From: an uncultured virus (IMG/VR IMGVR_UViG_3300016457_000183)
Lineage: Duplodnaviria; Heunggongvirae; Uroviricota; Caudoviricetes
Direction: 5' to 3' (one strand)
DNA: 20,000 nucleotides
Virus record (IMG/VR): IMGVR_UViG_3300016457_000183
Part shown: in pieces, positions 9,098 through 17,414 of the stretch
Numbering within the stretch: position 1 is the first letter of the stretch
Layout of the letters: each line of letters starts with the position of its first letter
Translations under genes and position numbers: made by a program
Notes under the pieces: model-generated
The model's input: only the letters and a program-made list of their open reading frames with translations
What the model was told of the DNA's origin: nothing
Databases searched by the model: none

Positions 9098-10071
9098 GAC
9101 GACTTCCCTCCTAATGATTTTTCCTCTAAAGTCTCTATTGCTAACTTAATAGCAGCTGGTGAATACTTAGTTTTATTTGCCTGACAAAACTCACGGAACG
9201 AATCCAAAATAGAGCCTACTATGGGTAGATCACGTTCCAAGTCATCCTTCACATCAACTTCATCAGTGATTCGCACTGTAACATGCAGTGCGACCTTTCT
9301 AACCTGATTGACCCAATCCAGAGAAGCAGAGGAAGGAATCACGCATCTAACAACTGCATTTCTTACCATCTCGAGATCTTCTGGGGGCTTCGTTAGTTCA
9401 ACGAAAGGACGAGTTTCAATCTCAACAAACGTGCGTGACCTTGCAGTTCCGTCACTATAAAAAGTAAACCCGCAGGGAACTCCTAATTGATTAAAAGATA
9501 CCCTTTCCAAAGCTCCTGCATAAAACGTGTTCTGGGACACTTCAAATGGCATGTGAAGATCACCTAACATAGCGATTTTGTATTTATCAGGGACCTCGAT
9601 AGCAGAGTCTTTGAACTTAGGAACACGCCGGTCTCGAAGATGCCCAACAAGATAATCCGCCTCGAGGAAGTTGGGTGGAGACTCCGTATATGGAACACAG
9701 TAAAAGTAAGATCCCCGAACCTCATAAAGTGAAGGTTGTTCAAACAACACGACGTTTCGTAACAGTGATAACGTAACAAGGGGTGAACTGACTCGATGAA
9801 TAGAGTTGTCGTGATTTCCTGCTACTACAATTATAGGGCACTCAAATAGAGCTAGAGCGGATTGTGCTACCGCTATAGCCTGCGCGGGTGGTCTTCTCAC
9901 GTGAAACAAATCACCAGCAATTACTACAACATCAGGGTTTAACTCTCTGGCTTTCTCACAAGCAGTAACAAACGCTCGATAAAAGTCGTACTCACGTATG
10001 TTCTTGTTTCCATCAAACTTACCGTAAGAACTAAACCCCAAGTGTGCATCAGCCATATGAACGATACGCAT
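9094..10071 (-). CDS. sbcD: SbcD/Mre11/gp47-like metallophosphoesterase nuclease
   Basis: Motifs DAHLG, IAGDLFH, AGNHD, GDLH, YAGALERVSF; RBS AAGGAGG. Confidence 0.92.
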   Translation of the reverse strand: MRIVHMADAHLGFSSYGKFDGNKNIREYDFYRAFVTACEKARELNPDVVVIAGDLFHVRRPPAQAIAVAQSALALFECPIIVVAGNHDNSIHRVSSPLVTLSLLRNVVLFEQPSLYEVRGSYFYCVPYTESPPNFLEADYLVGHLRDRRVPKFKDSAIEVPDKYKIAMLGDLHMPFEVSQNTFYAGALERVSFNQLGVPCGFTFYSDGTARSRTFVEIETRPFVELTKPPEDLEMVRNAVVRCVIPSSASLDWVNQVRKVALHVTVRITDEVDVKDDLERDLPIVGSILDSFREFCQANKTKYSPAAIKLAIETLEEKSLGGKSS

Positions 10072-10264
10072 CTGAAACCTCCTTCGAGAGCAAAGTATGC
10101 TCTCTTCTCCATCTTAAACGTAATGGTGCTAAATGATAGACAAAACCACAAGCGGGACACTTAACACGCCAGCGATCTGCCCGATGCCAAAATTCGTTGC
10201 CGCAACCGCAGCGAATCAACAACAAGTTCGCGGAAGGTGTCCACGTAGCATCAACTATCTTCAC
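10049..10264 (-). CDS. Small Zn-ribbon protein
   Basis: Motif CGCG...CPACG; GTG start with GGAGG RBS. Confidence 0.7.
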   Translation of the reverse strand: MKIVDATWTPSANLLLIRCGCGNEFWHRADRWRVKCPACGFVYHLAPLRLRWRREHTLLSKEVSDAYRSYG

Positions 10265-10273
10265 GAGGCCCTC

Positions 10274-11044
10274 CTACGCCTCAATCCCTTCAAGTGAAAG
10301 GTACTTCTCAACCCAAACTAAACACTGACGAAGTGCTTTACTCTCTAGCTCGATAGTGTAATCTAACCACTCTACAATACCGTTAGAAGTCACTTGTTGA
10401 GGTTCAGGTGGTGAGAAGTGACGAAAAGGGAAAGAAGTGTCAAAACTTCTTACAAAAGGGAGCCGTAAATAAAACGGTATCTCTACATCAGGAGTAACTA
10501 GCTCCAATATGTGTACCGGCTTACTGTTGGTAAACTCCTCACAAAGGAACGCAAGAACAGCAAAACGCCCGAATAACTCTCGCAAACTCGCTGAATAAGT
10601 GGGTAGTACACCCGTTACTACCGATGTCTTACTAAGACCGAGTACACTAATATAAGGATTCTCTGCCATAGAAACTAAACACTGGAAAAAATCAGTAGCA
10701 TTCTTTCCCTGAGGTACACCCATAAGGGATAAATTCCCAAACAGAGAGTTACTTCTAACCTCTTTCACAAACTGAGAAACGACGTTTAAAGTCCCTTCCC
10801 TATCATTAGGAACGTAGGGTAGAACTACCTCGGAAACTTTTAACTCCCTTAGGGTAGGTAAAACATCATCGAAGTCACTCACACCAGCTAGTGTAAGCCA
10901 GTGTCCTTTCTTAGCTACTTTCTTATAAAAACGTTTACACTTCTTACTTTGCGTAATTACGTCGAAGAGTACTAAATGGTGGGAAATCCCAAACTGCGTA
11001 AGTAGCTCTAGGTGAGGTATAGGTGTGTCCAACATTAACCACAT
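10274..11044 (-). CDS. Degenerate TGT/DpdA-fold protein, paralogue of 17415..18113
   Basis: Colinear shared motifs with the 232-aa TGT-like ORF (VVLPYVPNDREGT, MGVPQG, SKPVHILE, SFDTSFP); RBS AAGGAGG; start at ATG 11044 or GTG 11047. Confidence 0.75.
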   Translation of the reverse strand: MWLMLDTPIPHLELLTQFGISHHLVLFDVITQSKKCKRFYKKVAKKGHWLTLAGVSDFDDVLPTLRELKVSEVVLPYVPNDREGTLNVVSQFVKEVRSNSLFGNLSLMGVPQGKNATDFFQCLVSMAENPYISVLGLSKTSVVTGVLPTYSASLRELFGRFAVLAFLCEEFTNSKPVHILELVTPDVEIPFYLRLPFVRSFDTSFPFRHFSPPEPQQVTSNGIVEWLDYTIELESKALRQCLVWVEKYLSLEGIEA

Positions 11045-11061
11045 CACTGACCTCCTTCTGA

Positions 11062-11679
11062 CTAAGCAATTATCCCTAACTCCTTCTTAATCTCCTTCAT
11101 CATCTCAGAAAACGAAGTAACAGTTAAATACTCTTCAGGAGAAGAAGAGCCTAAGGAAGTACTGGGGCAATAAGGTCTTTCTGGGCACAATAAGCAAACA
11201 AACCCGCTTACCACTTTATCAAGAACCCAGCACTCAGCAACAGGTAGAACCACTGACTTCTTAAGAAAGTGAGAAAAAACGCCTAAATAAAAAGCTTTGT
11301 CGATCAACTCTAACTCAGAAGGATCTCTTTTACGACGATATTCCATCACATCAAACGGGCGTAGAGGCCATGAACAAACGTTGCCTAACGTGGACGTAGT
11401 GATATTTATAACCCTCTCAGTTAAGCCACGTTTGGTTGCAACCCACGCCAGGTGACGGAGAGCAACAGCTTCGATCTGTCGAACTCGTTCGCGTGAGAGA
11501 TTGAGAATTTCGGCCAGTTCCTCTAGCTTGTGTGGACCTTGATTAGCGACGCGGATTGTACAATTACCGTACTCAGGAGTAGTACGCTCCCAGTAATAGC
11601 AATTAGTCTTAGTACAAGGCTGGGCTGAGGAGAAGCACGGCGGGTCCTTACTGAGATCAGGGAAATCAAGCTCTGTCAC
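11062..11679 (-). CDS. Sigma-70 region-4 HTH protein with Cys-rich flanks
   Basis: KLEELAEILNLSRERVRQIEAVALRHL matches the sigma region 4.2 pattern; N- and C-terminal Cys clusters; GTG start with RBS GAGGAGG. Confidence 0.8.
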   Translation of the reverse strand: MTELDFPDLSKDPPCFSSAQPCTKTNCYYWERTTPEYGNCTIRVANQGPHKLEELAEILNLSRERVRQIEAVALRHLAWVATKRGLTERVINITTSTLGNVCSWPLRPFDVMEYRRKRDPSELELIDKAFYLGVFSHFLKKSVVLPVAECWVLDKVVSGFVCLLCPERPYCPSTSLGSSSPEEYLTVTSFSEMMKEIKKELGIIA

Positions 11680-11786
11680 CGTCTTCTCCTCCTCACTACA
11701 ATACTTCCTTCTTCAAAGACCACTTCAAAAGAGTACCCCCTACTCCGTTTCTTCGAAGTCAACGTCTTTAAAAACTGCTCGATCAA
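11676..11786 (-). CDS. Possible 36-aa bridging peptide MIEQFLKTLTSKKRSRGYSFEVVFEEGSIVVRRRRR
   Basis: The TTG start overlaps the upstream TGA (TTGA) and its TGA overlaps the downstream GTG (GTGA), so it exactly tiles the gap; no RBS. Confidence 0.35.
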   Translation of the reverse strand: MIEQFLKTLTSKKRSRGYSFEVVFEEGSIVVRRRRR

Positions 11787-12373
11787 CCTTGAGGAGGGTT
11801 TTCAGTGTCTTGTGGTTGATTCTGACGTACTTGTTGCAATACTTTGGTCGCATACACATGGGAAACGCCGCAGGCCTTTCGTATCTCTCCTGCTTTCGCG
11901 TTAGGATGTGCCTTCAAATACTCCAAAATCTCTTTCTTCTTATTACCTCTCATAGCATTACCTCCTTTAACCTTACCTTTTTCATCCGACAAAGAGTTAC
12001 TGTTATGTTCAACTTTATCTTTAGAAATGTCAACTTTTTTCTCCGCAGAAGTAGGTTGAGAGCTTTTATCAGCTTTTTTCCTGGTCTTCTGCCCTTCCTT
12101 CTTCTCTTTTTTCCTCTTATCAGGGATTAACGTGTCAAGTTCGAGTTTACGAGAAAGTGTTGCTTTCTTGAAAAAAGCGCTATCGTACACTACATCATCA
12201 ACATCCAAATCGGCGATCCCAACCTCTTTAGCAACCTCACAAGTTGCCCTACGTGAGCACGCGAAACACATCAAAGCAGTGTGGTTTCGTTTCAAAACGG
12301 GACACCGAACTAACCGAGAAACGTGGTCCCTAAACTCTTCCTTAACATCCTCCTTACTCAACAGACGAATCAT
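11783..12373 (-). CDS. Hypothetical protein: Cys-cluster N-terminus, Lys-rich linker, C-terminal HTH
   Basis: ATG 12373 with RBS AAGGAGG; CPV...CFAC...C; HTH-like tail EILEYLKAHPNAKAGEIRKACGVSHVYATKVL. Confidence 0.75.
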   Translation of the reverse strand: MIRLLSKEDVKEEFRDHVSRLVRCPVLKRNHTALMCFACSRRATCEVAKEVGIADLDVDDVVYDSAFFKKATLSRKLELDTLIPDKRKKEKKEGQKTRKKADKSSQPTSAEKKVDISKDKVEHNSNSLSDEKGKVKGGNAMRGNKKKEILEYLKAHPNAKAGEIRKACGVSHVYATKVLQQVRQNQPQDTENPPQG

Positions 12374-12392
12374 AAACAACCTCCTTACATAG

Positions 12393-14426
12393 TCAACAAG
12401 TTGAATAACCGCATCTAGAACAACTCTTACAACCTTGTCCGTTACGTGTCAGAGTGTAATTCTGACACTTAGGACATAAGTCAAATAGTTCTTCTACCTT
12501 CCCACTTGATTGTAAAGTATCACTAAGAGCCTTAGCGACGGCGTCACAGATCGAGGTAACACGGCCAACACGACTGTTCACATAGAAGTCTCCTGTTTCA
12601 ATACCCGATAAAGACTTCATAATCACTTCAGGGCGGGTTCCTGACCTAAGAGCAAGAGAAACAAGTCTCCCTAAACCCATAGCTAGTCCATTAACAACAT
12701 TCCCACTCTTACCGGTAGACACAAATACCTCAATGGGCTTCCCAGATGTTGATCTATTAACCGTGATGTAGATATTATTCAGGCCTTTAAACTTGTAAGT
12801 TTGTCCGATCAGCACGTCCCTTTCAGGTTCGTCTGCTTCAACAATCGATTCCAAAGCACAACCTCTACGGTACACAGTTAACCCCTTAAGACGATATTTT
12901 CGCGCTGTGTAGATAATCTCTTCTATCTCTTCAACAGTAGTTTCCTTCGGGACGTTGATGGTCTTACTCGCTGATGTATGACTTATTTGTTGAACGGTAG
13001 AAACAACCTTTATCTGCTCTTCAGGGGGTATAAAAGGTAGCGTAGTAGGATTGGAGGGAGTCACTGAAGACTTAAGAATAACGGTCTGAAATTCATTTTC
13101 ACTATTAAGAAATTGCCTTTTAACCTGAAAAGATTCAAGAGGCTCTAATCCCGTAGACACACAGCGTAGGAACTGAGATACTGAACCAGTAGGCGCTTGA
13201 GATAGAGTAGTCGTGTTCCAAAATTTCCTGCTCCTCTTAGTGTAACCAACAAGTGAAAGATGTTCATCTTTGTACGTCGGGTCCCACTCCTTCTCAACTT
13301 TAGTCGAGAGGGCCCACTCATTCGACGCAATAAGTGAACCGCGGGCAAGAGCGGTGTACATCTCGGAAATTCTGTCGACATCAGTGTACTTGTATCCTTT
13401 CTTAAAGAGGTACTCTGCAACTCCTGTTAGACCAATACCAACAGGGTGAATCTGGTCAACTCGCTCTCGGAGCTTATGATAAAGCCACTTTGGCTCCTTA
13501 GGTAAGCCCATATTGTGCTTCAAGGTTAAATACAAAATTGCGTTCCCAATATGAGTCATGTAATAACCCAACGCCTCAAAATCCGAGACTGACTCTGCAG
13601 AAAGGGCGTTACCTGTTAAAAGATGGCAAACACTGAAGGGAGGTGAAGCATACTCGGCACAAGGATTCACGTAACGTACAAGAGGTTTGAGCTTAGGAGG
13701 ATAAGGTGAATGCTCGGCAAGTACGTCGGGGAAGAGTAACCCGGGGTCACCAGAAGTCCACATCCCTAACGCGATCTCCTTAATCAGATCACGCTGCTCC
13801 CAAAAATCGCCAAAGGCATTCACAGAAATATTGATTGACCATAAATCACGCCGATCTCTCTTAAGCCGAACATACTTAAAAATGTCTGGGTGGTTGTAAT
13901 CAAGCTGACCTAGCATTGCCCCTCGTCTTTTACCGCCTGCGGCAATACTCTTTGAAGTAGCTTCAAACATAGGAACGAAACCAACAGGGCCTGAACTCAC
14001 TCCCTGTGCTTGATCAACAGCACTTCCTTCTGGGCGCAGAGAAGAGAAGTCTAACCCAACACCACCAGCATACTGAAAGATGCTAGCGCAAGCTTCAATA
14101 TAACGCAGGATGTCCTTAGTTGAATCGGGAATAGGTCCTAACGGGAAACAAGAATAAAATCCGCCTCTTCTTGTATAAGGGTTACCTAGATTCATTAAAA
14201 CGGGGGTTGCAAACGTGAACTTCCTATTACGTGCCATTTGTAACGCTTCTGATAATAGGTCGTTCGAGACAGGGTACTTACGCGAGAGGATGAAATTAGT
14301 AATTCTATCAATTATATCTTCATAAGTCTTCTCCAAACGTTCGGAAGTCTTTGGATGACGAATAGAATATCTTTGATAAATTAGAGCACGCTCGAAGTCA
14401 TCCCAGTCAGTAATTACGTCCGTCAT
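12393..14426 (-). CDS. nrdJ: Class II (adenosylcobalamin-dependent) ribonucleotide reductase with fused TSCPD domain and Zn ribbon
   Basis: Motifs SCF, GGVGLDFSSLRP.G, GGKRRGA, NPCAE, APTGSVS, SKTINVP, KGLTVYR; TSCPD-like IYITVN..PIEVF..GKSG..GRLVSLALRSG..SICDAVA; terminal CPKC..CSRCGYSTC; no ATP cone. Confidence 0.9.
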   Translation of the reverse strand: MTDVITDWDDFERALIYQRYSIRHPKTSERLEKTYEDIIDRITNFILSRKYPVSNDLLSEALQMARNRKFTFATPVLMNLGNPYTRRGGFYSCFPLGPIPDSTKDILRYIEACASIFQYAGGVGLDFSSLRPEGSAVDQAQGVSSGPVGFVPMFEATSKSIAAGGKRRGAMLGQLDYNHPDIFKYVRLKRDRRDLWSINISVNAFGDFWEQRDLIKEIALGMWTSGDPGLLFPDVLAEHSPYPPKLKPLVRYVNPCAEYASPPFSVCHLLTGNALSAESVSDFEALGYYMTHIGNAILYLTLKHNMGLPKEPKWLYHKLRERVDQIHPVGIGLTGVAEYLFKKGYKYTDVDRISEMYTALARGSLIASNEWALSTKVEKEWDPTYKDEHLSLVGYTKRSRKFWNTTTLSQAPTGSVSQFLRCVSTGLEPLESFQVKRQFLNSENEFQTVILKSSVTPSNPTTLPFIPPEEQIKVVSTVQQISHTSASKTINVPKETTVEEIEEIIYTARKYRLKGLTVYRRGCALESIVEADEPERDVLIGQTYKFKGLNNIYITVNRSTSGKPIEVFVSTGKSGNVVNGLAMGLGRLVSLALRSGTRPEVIMKSLSGIETGDFYVNSRVGRVTSICDAVAKALSDTLQSSGKVEELFDLCPKCQNYTLTRNGQGCKSCSRCGYSTC

Positions 14427-14429
14427 TCA

Positions 14430-14903
14430 CTACCTCCTTCGAATTAGTTGGATATCGTCTCGTAAACCGAGCTCAGTCAATACTCGGGAGAGGTAAGTCC
14501 TCTGAATACCTAACCTTCTGGCTATCTCTGTAATGGTTAACCCTTTTCGTAGATAAGCTTGAATGAACTCTCGTTGCATTCTCTTAACAAACTCACGCCA
14601 AGTAACACCTTCTTCAATCAAACTATCAAAGTACGAATCGATACTCGACTCTATAGGTACTATATCACGTAGTCTATCAATATCCCGCAAAATCTCCACA
14701 ACTACGTTTACAACCTTATTGTCAATTACAGCGTTTTGAAATTGGAAGATATTAACGCCCCCCTTACGTAGTCCAGGAGACAGTTGTAAGTCCATATTCT
14801 GCTTAGCAACTATGTTCTCAGACGGAGGGCTACTAACAACACTGAGTAAAGAGTAAACTTTTTCACGTAGCTGAACTAATGCATTCTCAACTCTATCGCG
14901 CAT
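14430..14903 (-). CDS. Fis/NtrC-type HTH DNA-binding protein
   Basis: C-terminal WREFVKRMQREFIQAYL..ITEIARRLGIQRTYLSRVLTELGL resembles the Fis-family HTH. Confidence 0.7.
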   Translation of the reverse strand: MRDRVENALVQLREKVYSLLSVVSSPPSENIVAKQNMDLQLSPGLRKGGVNIFQFQNAVIDNKVVNVVVEILRDIDRLRDIVPIESSIDSYFDSLIEEGVTWREFVKRMQREFIQAYLRKGLTITEIARRLGIQRTYLSRVLTELGLRDDIQLIRRR

Positions 14904-14904
14904 A

Positions 14905-15519
14905 CTATCTAACCTTTACGTAGTACCTATGTTGGGGGGTTCTTCCGTACTCAAGAAGTGCTTCTCGATGTTTCTTCGAGAGAAACCCCAAATTTGACGT
15001 TAAATCGTAAACTTGCCACCCAGGGTTCTCGTTTAACAATGAGAGTAATGCTTCTTTACGCAATTCCTTTGCCAATATCATAGCCAGTCGAAGAACGTAA
15101 ACATACATACTACCGCGAAGTATGGGGAAGCAATCAGCGGGTAATTCAGGAATTAGAGGATCCGAAACAACGATCAAGGAAGGATACTCTTGTACCAACT
15201 GCTCGACTACTCTTAACTTTGATCTACGAATAGCTTCATCTACATTACCAATACGATTGATCTCATCTCCAGCTACAGTATCAACTATAGGGGTCACCAT
15301 TTGTCGTAAGGTGGAAGGCGCTTTAGAAGCTGTGGGAGTATGGTGCACATCAATTACTACGCCACAAGTAACAAGAGGCCCAAAAGCTGCTTCCTTCCCA
15401 TCTGTGTAAAGACCAACAATGTTACTATACCCAACTGAGAAGAACAGCCGCTCTAGGGAAAAATTCTCTAAGCCTTGAACGAGTTCTTCGTTAACACGAG
15501 CTATGCGTTTAAAATTCAT
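14905..15519 (-). CDS. RNase HII-fold protein lacking catalytic acidic residues
   Basis: Segments IVGLYTDGKEAAFGPLVTCGVVI, ILRGS..LAMILAKELR and YDLTSNLGFLSKKHREALLEYGRTPQHR follow the RNase HII pattern end to end; GGAG RBS. Confidence 0.8.
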   Translation of the reverse strand: MNFKRIARVNEELVQGLENFSLERLFFSVGYSNIVGLYTDGKEAAFGPLVTCGVVIDVHHTPTASKAPSTLRQMVTPIVDTVAGDEINRIGNVDEAIRRSKLRVVEQLVQEYPSLIVVSDPLIPELPADCFPILRGSMYVYVLRLAMILAKELRKEALLSLLNENPGWQVYDLTSNLGFLSKKHREALLEYGRTPQHRYYVKVR

Positions 15520-15607
15520 TTAAGCACTCCTGCGCAAGGCTAACGAAGTCATTATCATAGTAACTGCAAAGAAGGGCAAGAGCAAAACTAAATTTTTCCT
15601 AAAGGTT

Positions 15608-15856
15608 TCAAAGGGTTCCGGTACCACAAAGTCGACGATGGACTCTTCGTAAAATGGACGACGGTGGAAGGAAAACAAACTCAAACAAGTGAGACAAGTC
15701 AAAGCACGTTTTACCAATTCTCAACTTACCAAAATAGTGACAGAAAGGGCAAATACTATATGTTAATCGATACCACCCGATTAATCGGTAAGTAGGAAAC
15801 TTCTCAACTATATAACCACACCTAGGACAAAAAACTACATCTCTAGTTGCTGGCAT
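15608..15856 (-). CDS. Small Zn-ribbon protein
   Basis: Motif CPRCG...CPFC; no clear RBS. Confidence 0.55.
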   Translation of the reverse strand: MPATRDVVFCPRCGYIVEKFPTYRLIGWYRLTYSICPFCHYFGKLRIGKTCFDLSHLFEFVFLPPSSILRRVHRRLCGTGTL

Positions 15857-15864
15857 AGCACGAG

Positions 15865-15919
15865 AAAAAAGCCGCCCTTCGCAACCTCTAATTAAGGCGC
15901 TACTTTACCCGTGGGCGGC
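15865..15919 (-). terminator. Terminator-like structure: 7-bp GC stem with a 35-nt internal region, followed by U6
   Basis: GCCGCCC (15871-15877) pairs with GGGCGGC (15913-15919); A6 at 15865-15870 gives the U tract on the minus strand. Confidence 0.5.
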
Positions 15920-15939
15920 GGCCGGGGAAAGGAGGAGGA

Positions 15940-16161
15940 TCAACCTCTACGACGCGCTTCTTCCCGCTTAATCAAGCGCTCAAGGTAGAACTCTGCCTTT
16001 TTTAGGTCCTCTAAAGGAGCACCTTTCCATTTATACCTAGCAAGATATTTTACTACATTCCCCTCAAGGAAATCAAATCCTTGATCTTCAATAAAATCAA
16101 TTACCTCAATCTTACCACGAGTGTAGTGTTTAGGATGACGAACATTCTCCAATAATGCCAT
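15940..16161 (-). CDS. DUF3310 family protein (T7 gp1.7-like putative nucleotide kinase)
   Basis: Motif VRHPKHY..IEVIDFI..FLEGNVVKYLARY..KG..EDLKKAEFYL. Confidence 0.88.
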   Translation of the reverse strand: MALLENVRHPKHYTRGKIEVIDFIEDQGFDFLEGNVVKYLARYKWKGAPLEDLKKAEFYLERLIKREEARRRG

Positions 16162-16170
16162 GTGTACCTC

Positions 16171-16437
16171 CTATTCCCATTTCTTAGCTGAAGTTTCCTG
16201 TCGAATCCTAATGATCTCAATCAAATTCTTATTGAACAAGTACTCGTTAAGGTGCTTCCTTCTGATCTCCTCCTTAACGGCGGCTTTCAAAGCTTTCAGG
16301 TAACATTTACAACACAAATCAAAAGTTTCATATACATCCTCCACGGATCCAGCAGCATCGGCACGGCGGTCATATGAAAAACTAACTCGTTGCACGTCCT
16401 TTTGCGTACCGCAAACATCACAAACTGTAATTTGCAT
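16171..16437 (-). CDS. Small Zn-finger protein
   Basis: Motif CDVCG...FDLCCKC; RBS AGGAGG. Confidence 0.75.
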   Translation of the reverse strand: MQITVCDVCGTQKDVQRVSFSYDRRADAAGSVEDVYETFDLCCKCYLKALKAAVKEEIRRKHLNEYLFNKNLIEIIRIRQETSAKKWE

Positions 16438-16456
16438 GGGAGCCTCCTAGGTAAAA

Positions 16457-16618
16457 TTAAACCTTCTTGGTTAACTTTTGTAGTGCTTTAAAAATCGCTC
16501 TCTCTAAACACAATACCTCAAAACGACTTCCCTTAACAACTAACGTTAACACAGAATCGAACATACCGGGTACCTCACAAGGTTTGTCCTTACGCTTTAG
16601 TTTAAGAACCTCAATCAT
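16457..16618 (-). CDS. Hypothetical protein (53 aa)
   Basis: ATG 16618 with an AGGAGG RBS, directly after the queC stop; start reassigned from 16651. Confidence 0.6.
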   Translation of the reverse strand: MIEVLKLKRKDKPCEVPGMFDSVLTLVVKGSRFEVLCLERAIFKALQKLTKKV

Positions 16619-16620
16619 CC

Positions 16621-17385
16621 TCAATCCTCCTTGTTCCGAAGAAAAGAGCAAGGATCTTTATCGTAGATAGTAGGATCCTCAACTCCTGCTTTCTGAAAAG
16701 CTTCAGCACGTTCAACACAAGTACCGCAGGTGCCACAATGTTTTGGTGGCTCCCCTTTATAACAGGACCACGTTAACTCAAACGGACAATTAAATCTATT
16801 CCCGACAGAAACAACTTCCCATTTCGCAAGATGGGCAAAAGGAGCTAATAACTTTACCTTCCTATCAGAAGCAAGAAAAATTGTTTGTGACATATACCTC
16901 AGGTAGTCAATTCTGCAATCAGGATAAATAAAATGGTCACCTTCATGAGCTGCGATAGCAACGAACTTCTTCCCTAAGGACTCCGCAAGGGCGAGTCCGT
17001 AGGAGATCATTACCGTATTCCTTCCAGGAACTACAGTCTGACGCATACTTTCTTCGGTATAGTACCCTTCTGGTACATCTACTTGATCGTCTAATAACGC
17101 AACTCCTTTAGAAACCAATCGCTTCAGAGACGAAAGATCAACTACATAAACCCTCTCTTTCTCAATTCCAAAATGCTCAACCAACCGGAGGAAGGCGTGA
17201 TATTCAGCTTCATGATGAGTAGAACCATAATCAAAGTGAATCAAAGTAAGGTCCCAACCTAGGTTGAGTAACATCGAGATTAAACTCGAAGAATCAAGGC
17301 CGCCAGAAGATAACACAACAGCACTTCTTTGCGTTGGTTCAATATCATAAACTTCCGCAGGCCGTTCACAAATCGTCCATTCCAT
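16621..17385 (-). CDS. queC: 7-cyano-7-deazaguanine (preQ0) synthase QueC
   Basis: PP-loop SGGLDS, FDYG, TVVPGRN, YPDCR, Zn site TWSCY..HCGTCGTCVER; RBS AGGAGG. Confidence 0.95.
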   Translation of the reverse strand: MEWTICERPAEVYDIEPTQRSAVVLSSGGLDSSSLISMLLNLGWDLTLIHFDYGSTHHEAEYHAFLRLVEHFGIEKERVYVVDLSSLKRLVSKGVALLDDQVDVPEGYYTEESMRQTVVPGRNTVMISYGLALAESLGKKFVAIAAHEGDHFIYPDCRIDYLRYMSQTIFLASDRKVKLLAPFAHLAKWEVVSVGNRFNCPFELTWSCYKGEPPKHCGTCGTCVERAEAFQKAGVEDPTIYDKDPCSFLRNKED

Positions 17386-17414
17386 CTAACAACCTCCTTT
17401 CTAAGGAAACGAGC

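Noticed and set aside
15520..15717. 65-aa ORF with a hydrophobic tail, or a frameshift extension of 15608..15856
   Set aside because: It has a TTG start without an RBS, a 110-nt overlap with the Zn-ribbon ORF and no canonical slippery site. Its stop abuts the next ATG, so it is not fully excluded.
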